A stretch of DNA of 64,000 nucleotides from Polyangiaceae bacterium. Its GTDB lineage: Bacteria; Myxococcota_A; Polyangia; Polyangiales; Polyangiaceae. The DNA is taken from contig JANRKO010000006.1 in NCBI GenBank assembly GCA_033763455.1, positions 512,001 to 576,000 on the forward strand, given 5' to 3'. Every line of letters begins with the position of its first letter. Positions within the stretch are counted from its first letter, which is position 1. Made by a program: the position numbers and the translations under genes. The notes beneath the pieces are model-generated. The model did no database searches. It was not told the DNA's origin and worked only from the letters and a program-made list of their open reading frames with translations. Shown piece after piece: positions 9,567 to 19,454 of the stretch.

Positions 9567-11114
9567 ATGGCACTCAACCCTACACCGCTCATTAACTTCG
9601 AAAGGAACTACCGCTTCCGCACCAAACATCAGAGCTTTGAGGGAACCGCGGCTCGCCTTTATACCGTTTGGAATCGCACCGCGAACGGAACTGAGCCAGC
9701 CCAAAAACGCTGGCGAGCGGGCCTGAATGCCTTGCGGCAGATCGTGCTAGATGCTGAAGCCGCGGGCGTGAGTGTGCGCGCGTATGGTGGCGCTTGGTCC
9801 CTTTCAGATGCCGCCTTTACCAAGGACTTCTTGGTCAACACCAAGCCTCTGAACTACCTATCCATTGGGCTTCGGCCAGCGCAGGTTTTGCCGGAAGAGG
9901 TCAAGAATGCTAAGCGCTACGTCTTTGCTCAGTGTGGCATTCACGTCATGGAGCTGCAGACGGCGTTGGAGGCCGCCAACCTCGCGTTACCTACGAGCGG
10001 AGCCAGCAACGGGCAAACGCTCGCCGGAGCGATTGCTACGGGCACACACGGGGCCGCGGTGCAGGTAGGGTCTATGCAGGATTTCGTGCGAGGGATCCAT
10101 CTCGTAGTGGAGGGGGGGCGGCACGTTTACTTGGAGCCGCGCTCGCGCCCCGTTGTTTCCGAAGCGTTCGTGGCCACGCTAGGGGCCGAAATGATTCGGG
10201 ACGACGAACTGTTTTGGGCAGCTTTGGTGAGCTTCGGAAGCTTTGGCTTGGTGCATGCTTTTCTCGTGGAGGCCGTGCCTTTGTACGAGCTTCAGAAGTT
10301 TCGCTTCCGCGTCGACCACTCCACGGCCATGGGCTATTTCGACCTCGATTTTGCGCGTATTGCGGCTGCGAATCAGCTGCCGCCAGCCAACCCCTACCAC
10401 TTCGAGATGGTCTTTGATCCCTACAGTGGGGGGGCCGGCAAACGGGGCGCCTACGTTACGGTGATGTATCAGCTGCCGCCTAAGCGTGGAGCTCCAGCCG
10501 CGGCTCCGGCGGCATCCAGTGGTGGCTGGGAACCTGGAGATGATGTGCTGCAAGTGCTCGGTGCACTCACGGATGCAACGTCGTTGCCGGTTCCGCTGCT
10601 GGTAAGCCGCTTGGTGGAGGGGCAATTGTCGCTGGTTCACGGCAGTCGAGCAACACCGGGTAAGACATTTAGTAGCACGAGCATTCGAGGTTCAGTGCTG
10701 AGCGCAGAGCTTGGTGTGGCGCTCAGCACTGCACAAGGGGCCGTGGAGGCTTTGATAGACGAGGCCAATCGGCAGTCGTTCGTTGGCTTGATAGCTACCC
10801 GCTTCGTCCGTTCCTCCCGGGCCACGCTGGCTTTTACCCGCTTTGAGCCCACCACCTGCACGATTGAACTTCCGGGCACAGGTGGGCAAAGCTCCCTGAA
10901 CTTTTTTGCAGCTGCATGGGCTCGGCTGGATCGTCAGTTCTTGCCGTTTACGCTGCACTTTGGGCAGTGTGGGGATTTCACGCGCGAGCGGGTGGTGCGT
11001 ATGCACCCAACAGGGGTTGAGCGCTGGCTCGCGGCGAGGCACAGGCTGCTTTCGTCTGCGGGCCTTCGAACCTTCTCCAACCCCTTCCTAGAACGTATCG
11101 GGCTTGCGGGGTAA
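9567..11114 (+). CDS. FAD-linked oxidoreductase (aldonolactone oxidase-like)
   Basis: VRAYGGAWSLS, QTLAGAIATGTHG, VSFGSFGLV and C-terminal LHFG...FSNPFL. Confidence 0.85.
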   Translation: MALNPTPLINFERNYRFRTKHQSFEGTAARLYTVWNRTANGTEPAQKRWRAGLNALRQIVLDAEAAGVSVRAYGGAWSLSDAAFTKDFLVNTKPLNYLSIGLRPAQVLPEEVKNAKRYVFAQCGIHVMELQTALEAANLALPTSGASNGQTLAGAIATGTHGAAVQVGSMQDFVRGIHLVVEGGRHVYLEPRSRPVVSEAFVATLGAEMIRDDELFWAALVSFGSFGLVHAFLVEAVPLYELQKFRFRVDHSTAMGYFDLDFARIAAANQLPPANPYHFEMVFDPYSGGAGKRGAYVTVMYQLPPKRGAPAAAPAASSGGWEPGDDVLQVLGALTDATSLPVPLLVSRLVEGQLSLVHGSRATPGKTFSSTSIRGSVLSAELGVALSTAQGAVEALIDEANRQSFVGLIATRFVRSSRATLAFTRFEPTTCTIELPGTGGQSSLNFFAAAWARLDRQFLPFTLHFGQCGDFTRERVVRMHPTGVERWLAARHRLLSSAGLRTFSNPFLERIGLAG

Positions 11115-11146
11115 GTCGGAGCGAACCTATCAACTTCTGCCGAACC

Positions 11147-12559
11147 TCAGCGCTCCTCGACCTCGCGAAAATCTTCCAACCGCAGCCCGTAGCGCTCTGC
11201 CCAGCGGTGTATTTGCATTCGTGCCTTTCCAAGTTCTCGACCAACCGCGGCAACGTTGCCTTGGTGTTTGATGAGAAGCTCGCGCAATTCGCTCTCGTTC
11301 GGGCGATCGGGAGGCTCATGCAGGGGGCGCGGTTGGCTGCTACCGGGGCCGAGGCCTGATGCGAGCGTGCCGTATCCTTGCATCGCTTCGGTGATGGCTG
11401 GAGGGAGCTCGGCCTCGCTTAAGATGTCGCCCTCGGAGAGAGCAATCGCTCGTTTGATGCACGCTTCTAGCTCGCGCACGTTGTAGGGCCAATCGTAGTG
11501 AGTGAGAGCCGTCATGAAAGCGAAAGATGGCTGTTTTTGTGGTGCGCCGTGGCGTCTTAGGAATTCGCGAGTGAGTACGAAGAGATCTTCTTTGCGATCT
11601 CGAAGCGGCGGCAGGCTCACCTCGTATTCATTCAGGCGAGCGAAGAGATCTAGGCGAAAAATGCCGCGGGCCTGGAGCTCCGCCAAATCTCGGTGCGTGG
11701 CGCAGGCGATACGTACGTCGATAGGTTCGGGGGAAGTGGCTCCAACGGGCAGTACTTCACGGGCTTGCAGTACCCGCAATAGCTTGGTTTGCGCTTCTTG
11801 GGGCATGTCCCCGATTTCATCCAAAAAGAGCGTACCGCTCTCCGCCGCGCGAATGAGCCCGGGCTTATCGCGGTCAGCGCCTGAAAAAGCGCCCTTTCTA
11901 TAGCCAAAGAGTTCGCTTTCAATCAGGTTCTGGGGAATCGCAGCGCAGTTAACGGCAACGAAGCGCCCGCTGCGTCCGCTCTGTCGATGCAGCTCGCTGG
12001 CTACCACTTCTTTGCCCGTCCCACTCTCACCCAAGATCAAAACACTTAGGTTGGTGGGGGCTATTTTTTCAATTTCGGTAGCAATACGGTCCATTTGGAA
12101 GCCGCCCACAAGCAGGCTTGGGCTGTCTGCCAGGCGTGAGCAGCCTTTTGCCATGGAGCCATCCAGATTGTAGTGCGCGTAAAGCTCGGCGTCGTGCTCC
12201 ACGAACTTGAAGATGGCGTCGCCAATGCGCACTTCTTGGCGAGCTTCGAGATGTTCCCCGGATACGCGCACACCGTCGACGAGAACTCCATTTCGGCTTC
12301 CGCAATCAAGAATCGTCCAACTGCCACTAGCGGCGCGCACTTCGGCGTGTACGCGTGAAACCGCTGTTACCGAGAGCTGAATATCTGAAGCTGCATCTCG
12401 CCCAATGCGGACGTTGGGCTTGAAGAAGGGATAGGCGCCGGAAAGAGTCGTCACAGGCTCAGCGTAGAGCAGCACTAGGCCAGGGCGTGTGCCACGCCCC
12501 GCGCCTGGAGACCGTGGATCCCCAAATTCGTGCATCGCCCCGGTGCTCAGTTCGACCAT
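11147..12559 (-). CDS. FHA-domain sigma54-dependent transcriptional activator
   Basis: FHA (IGR, VSRVHA, GSRNG), GESGTGKE, ELFGYRKGAFSGA, FLDEIG, HTH. Confidence 0.93.
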   Translation of the reverse strand: MVELSTGAMHEFGDPRSPGAGRGTRPGLVLLYAEPVTTLSGAYPFFKPNVRIGRDAASDIQLSVTAVSRVHAEVRAASGSWTILDCGSRNGVLVDGVRVSGEHLEARQEVRIGDAIFKFVEHDAELYAHYNLDGSMAKGCSRLADSPSLLVGGFQMDRIATEIEKIAPTNLSVLILGESGTGKEVVASELHRQSGRSGRFVAVNCAAIPQNLIESELFGYRKGAFSGADRDKPGLIRAAESGTLFLDEIGDMPQEAQTKLLRVLQAREVLPVGATSPEPIDVRIACATHRDLAELQARGIFRLDLFARLNEYEVSLPPLRDRKEDLFVLTREFLRRHGAPQKQPSFAFMTALTHYDWPYNVRELEACIKRAIALSEGDILSEAELPPAITEAMQGYGTLASGLGPGSSQPRPLHEPPDRPNESELRELLIKHQGNVAAVGRELGKARMQIHRWAERYGLRLEDFREVEER

Positions 12560-12693
12560 GCTGACGCGAAGGCTAGCGCGGACTACTCGAAGTGGGCCAG
12601 TCCACGCGCCACGTAAGGCACTGCGTGGCGTCCAACCCAGCGCTTACAATGTTTGTCAAAGTCCGCCTTTTTGGCCTCCTGCTAATCGGAAAA

Positions 12694-12717
12694 AGGTACT
12701 TGTCATGCTAAGTACCT
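12694..12717. promoter_or_regulatory. Palindrome AGGTACTT-N8-AAGTACCT
   Basis: Perfect 8-bp arms; the core TACTTGTCATGC recurs at 40803. Confidence 0.55.
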
Positions 12718-12743
12718 CCTGCGCGCGGAAATCGTGGGCCCCG

Positions 12744-12955
12744 CGAGGTGGGAGGCCTGTCGAATCGCTAGCGTCGCGCCACGAGGTGGGAGGCCTGTCG
12801 AATCGCTAGCGTCGCGTCACGAGGTGGGAGGCCTGTCGAATCGCTAGCGTCGCGTCACGGGGTGGGGTGCCTGTCGAATCGCTAGCGTCGCGTCACGAGG
12901 TGGGTGCCTGTCGAATGCTAGCGTTGCGTCACGAGGTGGGACGCCTGTCGAATCA
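12744..12955 (+). repeat. 38-bp tandem repeat, about 5.5 copies
   Basis: Unit CGAGGTGGGAGGCCTGTCGAATCGCTAGCGTCGCGTCA starting at 12744, 12782, 12820, 12858, 12896 and partially 12932; no spacers; copies diverge rightward. Confidence 0.95.
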
Positions 12956-13049
12956 CGAGGGTCAAATCGCGTACGTCGAATCGCGTGCGTCGTTTCGAAC
13001 ACTGAGGTGCACGGATCAGGGCTCCACGCTGGCTGAGGGCAAGGAGGGC

Positions 13050-14045
13050 TCAGAGATGGCGCTTGGCGATCTCAGTCCAAGTGCCGCTCGGCTCAAGGGC
13101 GATGTAATCTTTCCAGAACGGGCGCGCCTTGGCCGAATCCCCCACCTGCTCATAGGCCATCGCTAGATTGAAGTACGCGTCTGCGAACTTCGGATCGGAT
13201 TCGATAGCGCCGTGAAAGAGGGGGATGGCTTGATCAGGGTGGCCGCGCTCGAGCATCACGTACCCGAGGTTGTATTGGGCCTCAGGCTGCTTTGGATCGA
13301 TCTCCAAGCCTTGTAGGTAGAGCCGCTCAGCGCCCTCTGCATCGTGCCGGCGGAACCGAATATTGCCGAGATTGGTGTATGCAATGCCGAGCCATGGATC
13401 GAGCTCCACCGCTTCGGCGTAGAGCCTTTCGGCCTCATCCATAGTAAGGGGATTTTCGTCCAGCTGGCTCGCGCGCAGGTAGAGCTCATAAGCGGTGCGG
13501 GAGCGCTCTTTACCGGCAGAGGGCCGGAGCACTCGTACCACGTCATCCCGCAGCGTTTTCACCTCGAGATCGAGAAGCATTTGACCCGTGAGCGGTTCGA
13601 AGGTGCCATCTTGGCTTCGCACCACTACGCGCTGGCCGTCGGAAACAATGCGCAATTCCTGAAGGGGGCGCGTTACTTTCGGGAGTGTGCGCCTGAGCGC
13701 GTGCACGGCCCGGGTTACATCCCGTAAGCGAACGCTTTGATCGAGCAGCGCCTGAGCAGTGCGGAGGGCAATGAGATCCGAAAACGTGTAGGCACGGCGG
13801 CCCTTACGCCGGCCGTTAGGGGAGGCAACGCCTGAACGATCGAGCGTGCGGAGACGAGCGGGGCTCACGCCGAGCAGACGAGAGACTTCGCCCAGCGAAA
13901 ATAGATCCGTGAGTGGCTCCCGCCCCGCCCCGGCCGGCCCTGTAACAGTATCGACCGCTGCTGCCTGAGTGGGTCGCACACGCCCGCCCTCAGGGCCGAA
14001 GACCACGTGAATGACTTTGTCGTCGCGCTGCTTTTTGCGACTCAT
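13050..14045 (-). CDS. MerR-type HTH plus TPR protein
   Basis: FSLGEVSRLLGVSPARLR...YTFSDL and C-terminal TPRs (AYTNLG, AQYNLG, AYFNLA). Confidence 0.85.
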   Translation of the reverse strand: MSRKKQRDDKVIHVVFGPEGGRVRPTQAAAVDTVTGPAGAGREPLTDLFSLGEVSRLLGVSPARLRTLDRSGVASPNGRRKGRRAYTFSDLIALRTAQALLDQSVRLRDVTRAVHALRRTLPKVTRPLQELRIVSDGQRVVVRSQDGTFEPLTGQMLLDLEVKTLRDDVVRVLRPSAGKERSRTAYELYLRASQLDENPLTMDEAERLYAEAVELDPWLGIAYTNLGNIRFRRHDAEGAERLYLQGLEIDPKQPEAQYNLGYVMLERGHPDQAIPLFHGAIESDPKFADAYFNLAMAYEQVGDSAKARPFWKDYIALEPSGTWTEIAKRHL

Positions 14046-14116
14046 AGATCGACTGCTGCCCCTGCGTGAGAAAGTGAGCGGGCTAACCCTTCGCCTTCGG
14101 AACGCTGGATGTCAAG

Positions 14117-14125
14117 TGTGGATAA
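14117..14125 (-). promoter_or_regulatory. Consensus DnaA box
   Basis: TGTGGATAA (TTATCCACA on minus) next to a minus-strand TTGACA upstream of the MerR-TPR gene; single copy. Confidence 0.4.
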
Positions 14126-14356
14126 CTGCATGGCCCGATTGGCAGGAACCTCGCGTGCGAGGCTACTCAAAGACCTGCAAGCCTAACAACCTTCGCCGCG
14201 CTTGCCCAGACGATCTTCAGAAAAAATCTCGCTTGACACCCCCTACGGCAGAGACTGTGTCAGCAAGGCGTGGCATCTCTCGCCGGTGGGGAAACACGGC
14301 CTCGGTTTGTTTCAAGAAAGTGCAGGCTCGGCTCAGGAAATACGATTCCAGATTAA

Positions 14357-14845
14357 CTATTTGGTCGCCGTAGCTTTGCGTGTTCTGTTGGGTGCAACGG
14401 TAGGTCTCACTTTTGCGAGCTTCTTCGCGTCAGCAAACACTTTGGCGTGCACCTCTACGTCTATACACGCACCGCGCGCGTGGGCACGAACCTTGAACTC
14501 GGAGTGCACTCGACCGATGTCTGCGGCTGCACGCAGTTGTGCCTCCAGGCACGCGATGCGAATTGCGCGGAGCCTTACGTGAGGGTCGTGCGAAAGTGCG
14601 CGGAGCAATTCGTCCTTCTTCGTTCGTTCCTTCGGCGCAACTGTGAGCACGATGCTCGTGGTTCCGTAGTAAACGGCGCCGTCCGCATCAGCGCGGGTTG
14701 CTCCTTCGCTCATCACATCCGATTTTTCGAACAGCTGTCGCCAGCGGTAGTCGCTACTTTGCCAAAGCTCGACCACCCGACGCTGAATAATCGGTTGTTC
14801 TCGCGTTTTTACGATGCCGGGTCGGGGCCCGCGCGGCTGAGCCAT
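14357..14845 (-). CDS. Hypothetical protein
   Basis: 162-aa ORF; TATGCT 8 nt upstream of ATG. Confidence 0.65.
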   Translation of the reverse strand: MAQPRGPRPGIVKTREQPIIQRRVVELWQSSDYRWRQLFEKSDVMSEGATRADADGAVYYGTTSIVLTVAPKERTKKDELLRALSHDPHVRLRAIRIACLEAQLRAAADIGRVHSEFKVRAHARGACIDVEVHAKVFADAKKLAKVRPTVAPNRTRKATATK

Positions 14846-14963
14846 GCTGGACGAGCATAGCGCTCAGAGATCGATCAGGCGAAGTTCGTGGCTAGTGGCA
14901 AATCCCGGCATTTGCCAAATTTTGGACAAGATTGAGCCAGAACTGAAACACTAGCCGCTCCCT

Positions 14964-15302
14964 ATGCACACGAAGAGCTATGCTGGTCCGGAACGCCGTC
15001 GCCACCTCACGTATTTGACGCGTAACACTGAATACCACCTTCGGGACGGGATCTGCGTCGCAGTAAGGAATCGTCGCAACAATCACTGGCTATTGCAGCA
15101 CAAGGCCCTGAGTCAGAAGCTGGCCGGGGGCGTACGTTTTCACCCGGATGGCGTTGCTATTCCCGTCGATGGGGGCCCCCAGATCGGCGAGGCCTTGTAT
15201 TTTGAGGAGGCTGGAAGGGGCCTGGTTACAAGCCTGGTGTGTGCGATGGAGCGACCCACCAAACAGGTGGTGTCCCAATACGCCGCTGTGGGCGTGGGTT
15301 GA
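14964..15302 (+). CDS. Hypothetical protein (myxobacterial type)
   Basis: 112 aa, ERRRH..YLTRNTEYHLRDGICVAVR. Confidence 0.7.
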   Translation: MHTKSYAGPERRRHLTYLTRNTEYHLRDGICVAVRNRRNNHWLLQHKALSQKLAGGVRFHPDGVAIPVDGGPQIGEALYFEEAGRGLVTSLVCAMERPTKQVVSQYAAVGVG

Positions 15303-15581
15303 CGCTGAGCCGCTTGCAAGGGCGGAATCGGGGACGTTGAGCCGCTTTCCGAAGGCGAGTACGAAACATGTTGAACCACTTGACGCCCTGCGTTGCGTGA
15401 CAAGGGTTCGCAGTGCGAAGGCAGGTGCGCAACTCAATACCGCACGAATGGCGCCACACGCGAAGTGGCGTACACACAGGTTTCTGGGCGATTCGGCTAA
15501 CTTGTACGAACACAAAAGAACTCGTACGCTAGCGGCCGTTTTTGATTATCATCTACGTTGAAGGGTAGGAATGGGAGTCAC

Positions 15582-15764
15582 ATGGCTGAACTTCAAGCAA
15601 TGATTCAAGGCACTACTGACCCACGCGCGGTTCACATCCTTGCGAAGAATATCTACCGCGAGTTCCGCGGAAGCGGCTTTACCGAGCGTGATGTGATGGC
15701 ACTTGCAGGCGAGCTGCTCGCCCTCGTCACGTCTGACGTGCGCGACCGTCGCGACGGAAGCTAG
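15582..15764 (+). CDS. Small hypothetical protein
   Basis: GGGAG RBS before ATG 15582; 60-aa helical ILAKNIYREFRGSGFTERDVMALAGELL. Confidence 0.7.
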   Translation: MAELQAMIQGTTDPRAVHILAKNIYREFRGSGFTERDVMALAGELLALVTSDVRDRRDGS

Positions 15765-15988
15765 GCCAAAGTAGGGGGCGAGGTGCGGGGCCCGGGGGCG
15801 GGGGGCGGCAAAGGGGCCGTAGGATAATTTCCGCTGGTGCTTAAACTCGGCGCGAGCAGGGCAAGAAACGGGGCCGTTAGCGTCGGGAAAGTTACCGGGC
15901 GGGGCCAAAGGTGCGTTAAGTCATCTTCCCGGTGGCCGCATTTGACAAGCTCCACCCACGTTCGAAACACTGGTGGTAACAGGCACGC

Positions 15989-17884
15989 GTGGCATCCCCG
16001 AGCTCTCAGAATAAGGGACCCGTTTTCGCAGTCTTCGTCAGCGAGAAGGGCGGAGCTGAACGCCGCGAGGTGTATGAGGCCACAGAGCTCAGCCTCGGTC
16101 GAGTTCAGGGGAACGACATCACCTTGCCGAAAGGCAACGTGTCGAAGCGGCACGCACGGCTTCTCTATAGAGACGCTCGTTTCATCGTGACCGATCTCAA
16201 CAGCACCAACGGAACCTACGTGAACCGTCGGCGCATCTCTCACGCCACCATCGTGCGGGAGGGGGACCGGATCTACATCGGTGACTACGTTTTAAGGATC
16301 GAGCTTACGGACGAGTCCGAACGCTCCTCGGCGCGGCACGTGGTGGGGGGTGCAGTCGCAAGCCAAACCCCTTCTTCATCGCGATCCGAGTTGCGGTCCG
16401 AGGGAGCACTAGGGTCAGGACCGCTCGTATCGGCGCGCCCTACGCGAGACGCCCAGCATGAGGTGGCTGTTTCGCGGGTGCCTTTGGCACCGCGCCTTCC
16501 GAACATCGGCGGCCACACGGTGGCTTCGCGCCCCGAGCCGTCCGAGCCCAAGCCCGCTACTTCAAGCCAAGCTTTGCCTTCTCTGCCCGAACCTGCGGTG
16601 GAAGATCTGGCGACTCCAGAAATCCATCGCCAACGTCAGTTCTTGGCCAATTTGGTGGCTGAGGTGCTTCGCTCGGTGCCCGCGGCTGAACTTGAAGGGG
16701 AAGTGGCGCCAGAGGTTCGCGAGCGCGTGGGCCAAGTCGTTGATGCACGCCTCCAAGCCCTCAAGGAGGGTGAGTCGGGCCAGCCTTCGGGTTTGCCGAC
16801 GGACCAAGCCTTGCGCCTGGTTTCGGATGAACTTTTCGAGCTTGGCCCCATTGGCCCATTACTCGCGGATCCGCTCGTTACGGCTGTCACGGTGAGCCGC
16901 TTCGACCGTATCCACGTGGAGCGCGATAAGCGTTACGCGCCGTTGCCGCTGCCATTCACCTCGGAAGCCGCGCTCATGCGGGTGATTCGACGTCTGTGTT
17001 TGAGGGGCGGCCAAGCTTTAGCGAGCGGGCAGCCCTACGTGAGCCGTCAGCTTCCGGATGGCACGCGCCTTTCAGTAGTCCTGGGCGAAGTGTCGCCACA
17101 AGGTGCTGTTGTTATGTTGAAGCGGCGAAGGCCGCCGCACCGTTCCGTGGAAGAGCTGGTACGTCACGGTGTTGTCTCGCGCGCCATGGCGTTGTTCCTC
17201 CATCAGTGCCTGCAGGGGCGCGCCAACATCTTGATAGCTGGCTCTGACGACGAAGGCGTGGCCTCGCTCGTGAATGGCTTGTGTTCGATTTGCGACGATC
17301 CCTCGCTCTATGTCGTGGCGGATGGGGAAACATTCGGTCTGCCAAAAGAGCGCACCACATCCTTTGCCTCTGCCGAATTAGGCACGGGTGCCGCCCAGCT
17401 ATTCCGCACGTTGCGGCGGGGTGGGGCAGGCCGCTTCGTGGTCGATCTCGCGGACACGGATACCTGCGTGGCTTTGCTTTCCACCGCAGTGGAAGGAATG
17501 GACGGGGTCCTCGGGGCGGTGCGATCGCCAAGCTTGCGTCGGGCTCTTTCCCGGTTACCCGCGGTCATAATCTCTAAGAATCCCGGGCTAAGCGCGGGTG
17601 CCGCTCGTGAGTGGGTGCGCACCAGCTTCGATATTGGGTTGGAGGTGTGTCGCCTCGCCGACGGGCGTTATCGAGTATTACGCATCGCCGAGCTCGCCGG
17701 CACCACGGCCGAAGAGGTCTGGTTGCAAGACATCTTCACGTTTTCAATCGAGCGCACTGTCGCAGGGGGTGTGGTAGAGGGCAGCTTCTCCGCCTCAGGT
17801 ACAGTGCCCAAGATTGCGGCTGAGCTTGCAAGCCGCGGCATCGATATCGATCAGTCGGTGTTTTCGCGCCCCCCTTCACGTTAG
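15989..17884 (+). CDS. FHA-domain CpaF/TadA-like protein with degenerate ATPase motifs
   Basis: N-terminal FHA (LGR, VSKRHA, NSTNG), Pro-rich linker, LGPIGPLLADP, QLPDGTR, DGRYRVLRIAE, LQDIFTF. Confidence 0.85.
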   Translation: MASPSSQNKGPVFAVFVSEKGGAERREVYEATELSLGRVQGNDITLPKGNVSKRHARLLYRDARFIVTDLNSTNGTYVNRRRISHATIVREGDRIYIGDYVLRIELTDESERSSARHVVGGAVASQTPSSSRSELRSEGALGSGPLVSARPTRDAQHEVAVSRVPLAPRLPNIGGHTVASRPEPSEPKPATSSQALPSLPEPAVEDLATPEIHRQRQFLANLVAEVLRSVPAAELEGEVAPEVRERVGQVVDARLQALKEGESGQPSGLPTDQALRLVSDELFELGPIGPLLADPLVTAVTVSRFDRIHVERDKRYAPLPLPFTSEAALMRVIRRLCLRGGQALASGQPYVSRQLPDGTRLSVVLGEVSPQGAVVMLKRRRPPHRSVEELVRHGVVSRAMALFLHQCLQGRANILIAGSDDEGVASLVNGLCSICDDPSLYVVADGETFGLPKERTTSFASAELGTGAAQLFRTLRRGGAGRFVVDLADTDTCVALLSTAVEGMDGVLGAVRSPSLRRALSRLPAVIISKNPGLSAGAAREWVRTSFDIGLEVCRLADGRYRVLRIAELAGTTAEEVWLQDIFTFSIERTVAGGVVEGSFSASGTVPKIAAELASRGIDIDQSVFSRPPSR

Positions 17885-17950
17885 CGCACAGGGGCCCCGC
17901 ACGCCGCCCCGCGCTGCACAGCCACTTTCACCCGAGAAAGGGCACGGGAA

Positions 17951-18472
17951 TTACTGATTGCTCGTCGCTTCTTCGCTGCGCGCACGGGCAAGCTTCTGGC
18001 CCATTTTTCGGCGCTGAAATGCATTGAGCTTGTCGATCATCAATACGCCGTTCAAATGATCGTTCTCGTGTTGCAGCGCTACGGCCATGAGCCCTTCGGC
18101 CTCAAGCTCAAAGGCCTTGCCCGAGATATCCCGCGCGCGCACTTTGATCGTTTCGGCGCGTTTAATATCTTCGGTTGCGCCAGGGAAGGAGAGGCAGCCC
18201 TCTTTGTAAACCTGCACCCCGTCGGCGTCAAAGAGCTCGGGGTTGATGAACACTTTAAGATCGCTCGGCTCGTCTTCACCCGCAATATCAATAATGAAGA
18301 TGCGCAGGTTTACGCCCACCTGAGTCGCCGCCAAGCCCACGCCCGGCGCGTCGTACATAGTCTCTGCCATGCTATCCACCAACGTGCGGATCTCGTCCGT
18401 AATTTCTCCCACGGGCTTTGCCACCTCGCGGAGGCGCGGGTCCGGATATTCGAGGATCTCCAAGATGGCCAT
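17951..18472 (-). CDS. def: Peptide deformylase
   Basis: GVGLAATQ, EGCLS and QHENDHL motifs; start MAILEILEYPDPRL. Confidence 0.97.
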   Translation of the reverse strand: MAILEILEYPDPRLREVAKPVGEITDEIRTLVDSMAETMYDAPGVGLAATQVGVNLRIFIIDIAGEDEPSDLKVFINPELFDADGVQVYKEGCLSFPGATEDIKRAETIKVRARDISGKAFELEAEGLMAVALQHENDHLNGVLMIDKLNAFQRRKMGQKLARARSEEATSNQ

Positions 18473-18625
18473 GACCCTCGGAAACCTAACATCGAGGGTG
18501 GGGAGTCGCAACGCGAGGATGAAAGTGCGGTTTTGTGGCGTAAAACGCGGGCGAATGGGGCAGCGGGGCGCTCAGTGCGAGGCTTTACAGGGTCATGCCG
18601 AGGGTTGTGTCGCAGGTTGCTTAGG

Positions 18626-19340
18626 TCACCATGTGTCGCGGCGGGGCCAAATCCGGAGGGCGGTCACGCTGACTATCAGCAACCACCACGGCGCATTCCC
18701 CACAGTTTGATAAACGGTTCGCCCTGGTAGCCACCGTATGCGAGTGCGGATCACGCCGGCTACGCCCGTGCCAAGTTGATCAACTACCTCGCCATAAGGG
18801 TTTACCACGCCGCTGATGCCCCCGAGTGTCGCTCGTATGAAATAGCGCCGGTACTCAATCGCGGCGAGCTGCGCCAAATAGAAGTGCATAGCAGGAGCAG
18901 CTGCTCCCTCTAGCCAATCGTCGTTGGAGACGTTGATGAAAAGGCCGGCCTCGCGCCTCACCGGATCTCGCATTTGTCTTTGAAAGAGTGCTTCATAGCA
19001 GATCGCAATGGCCGCGAAGTGCCCAGGAAGGATCTCGACCAGTGCGTTGGCTTTCCCCGACTCCAAATGGCCGAGTCTCGGAATGTTCGCCCCCGCCAGC
19101 TTGTCTGCGAGCACGCGCGGGACGCGTTCCAGGAAGGGGATCAAGACTTGCTTGTCGTAACGACAATGTTTGCAGTCATTTTTGTTCGGTGGGAGCAAGA
19201 GGACACTGTTCGTTTCTTGCGCATCGGTTTCGAGAACCAAACCAGTCAGAAGTGGTACACTCAGTGCTTCGCGGGCAGCGCGCAAAGCAACCAAGAGTGG
19301 TTCGACTTGCTGGGAGCCCCAGTAAAGGGCGCCATGGTTG
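18626..19340 (-). pseudogene. lnt: C-terminal fragment of apolipoprotein N-acyltransferase
   Basis: YDKQVLIPFLE, ICYEALF, NVSNDDW, AIEYRR..RAT.GGISGVVNPYG; no N-terminal membrane domain and no WPE motif in frame; 5' boundary approximate. Confidence 0.75.
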
Positions 19341-19454
19341 CGTTGGGTTGCGCGCACCGCCTTCAACTCCGGAGTGCAGCCAGCCACGGAAAGGCTGAGC
19401 TCGACGACAACCGCAAGGCACACCGGCGCTCGGGAAACACAGCGAGGCCGTTTT

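Noticed and set aside
12744..12955. CRISPR array
   Set aside because: Units are contiguous with no unique spacers and there are no cas genes in the window
14117..14125. Replication origin
   Set aside because: Single DnaA box, no AT-rich unwinding element and no dnaA or dnaN nearby
19420..19450. LAVFPE as the missing Lnt catalytic Glu motif in another frame
   Set aside because: It lies ~95 codons before the catalytic Lys (about 70 expected) and right at the neighbouring gene's stop; probably chance
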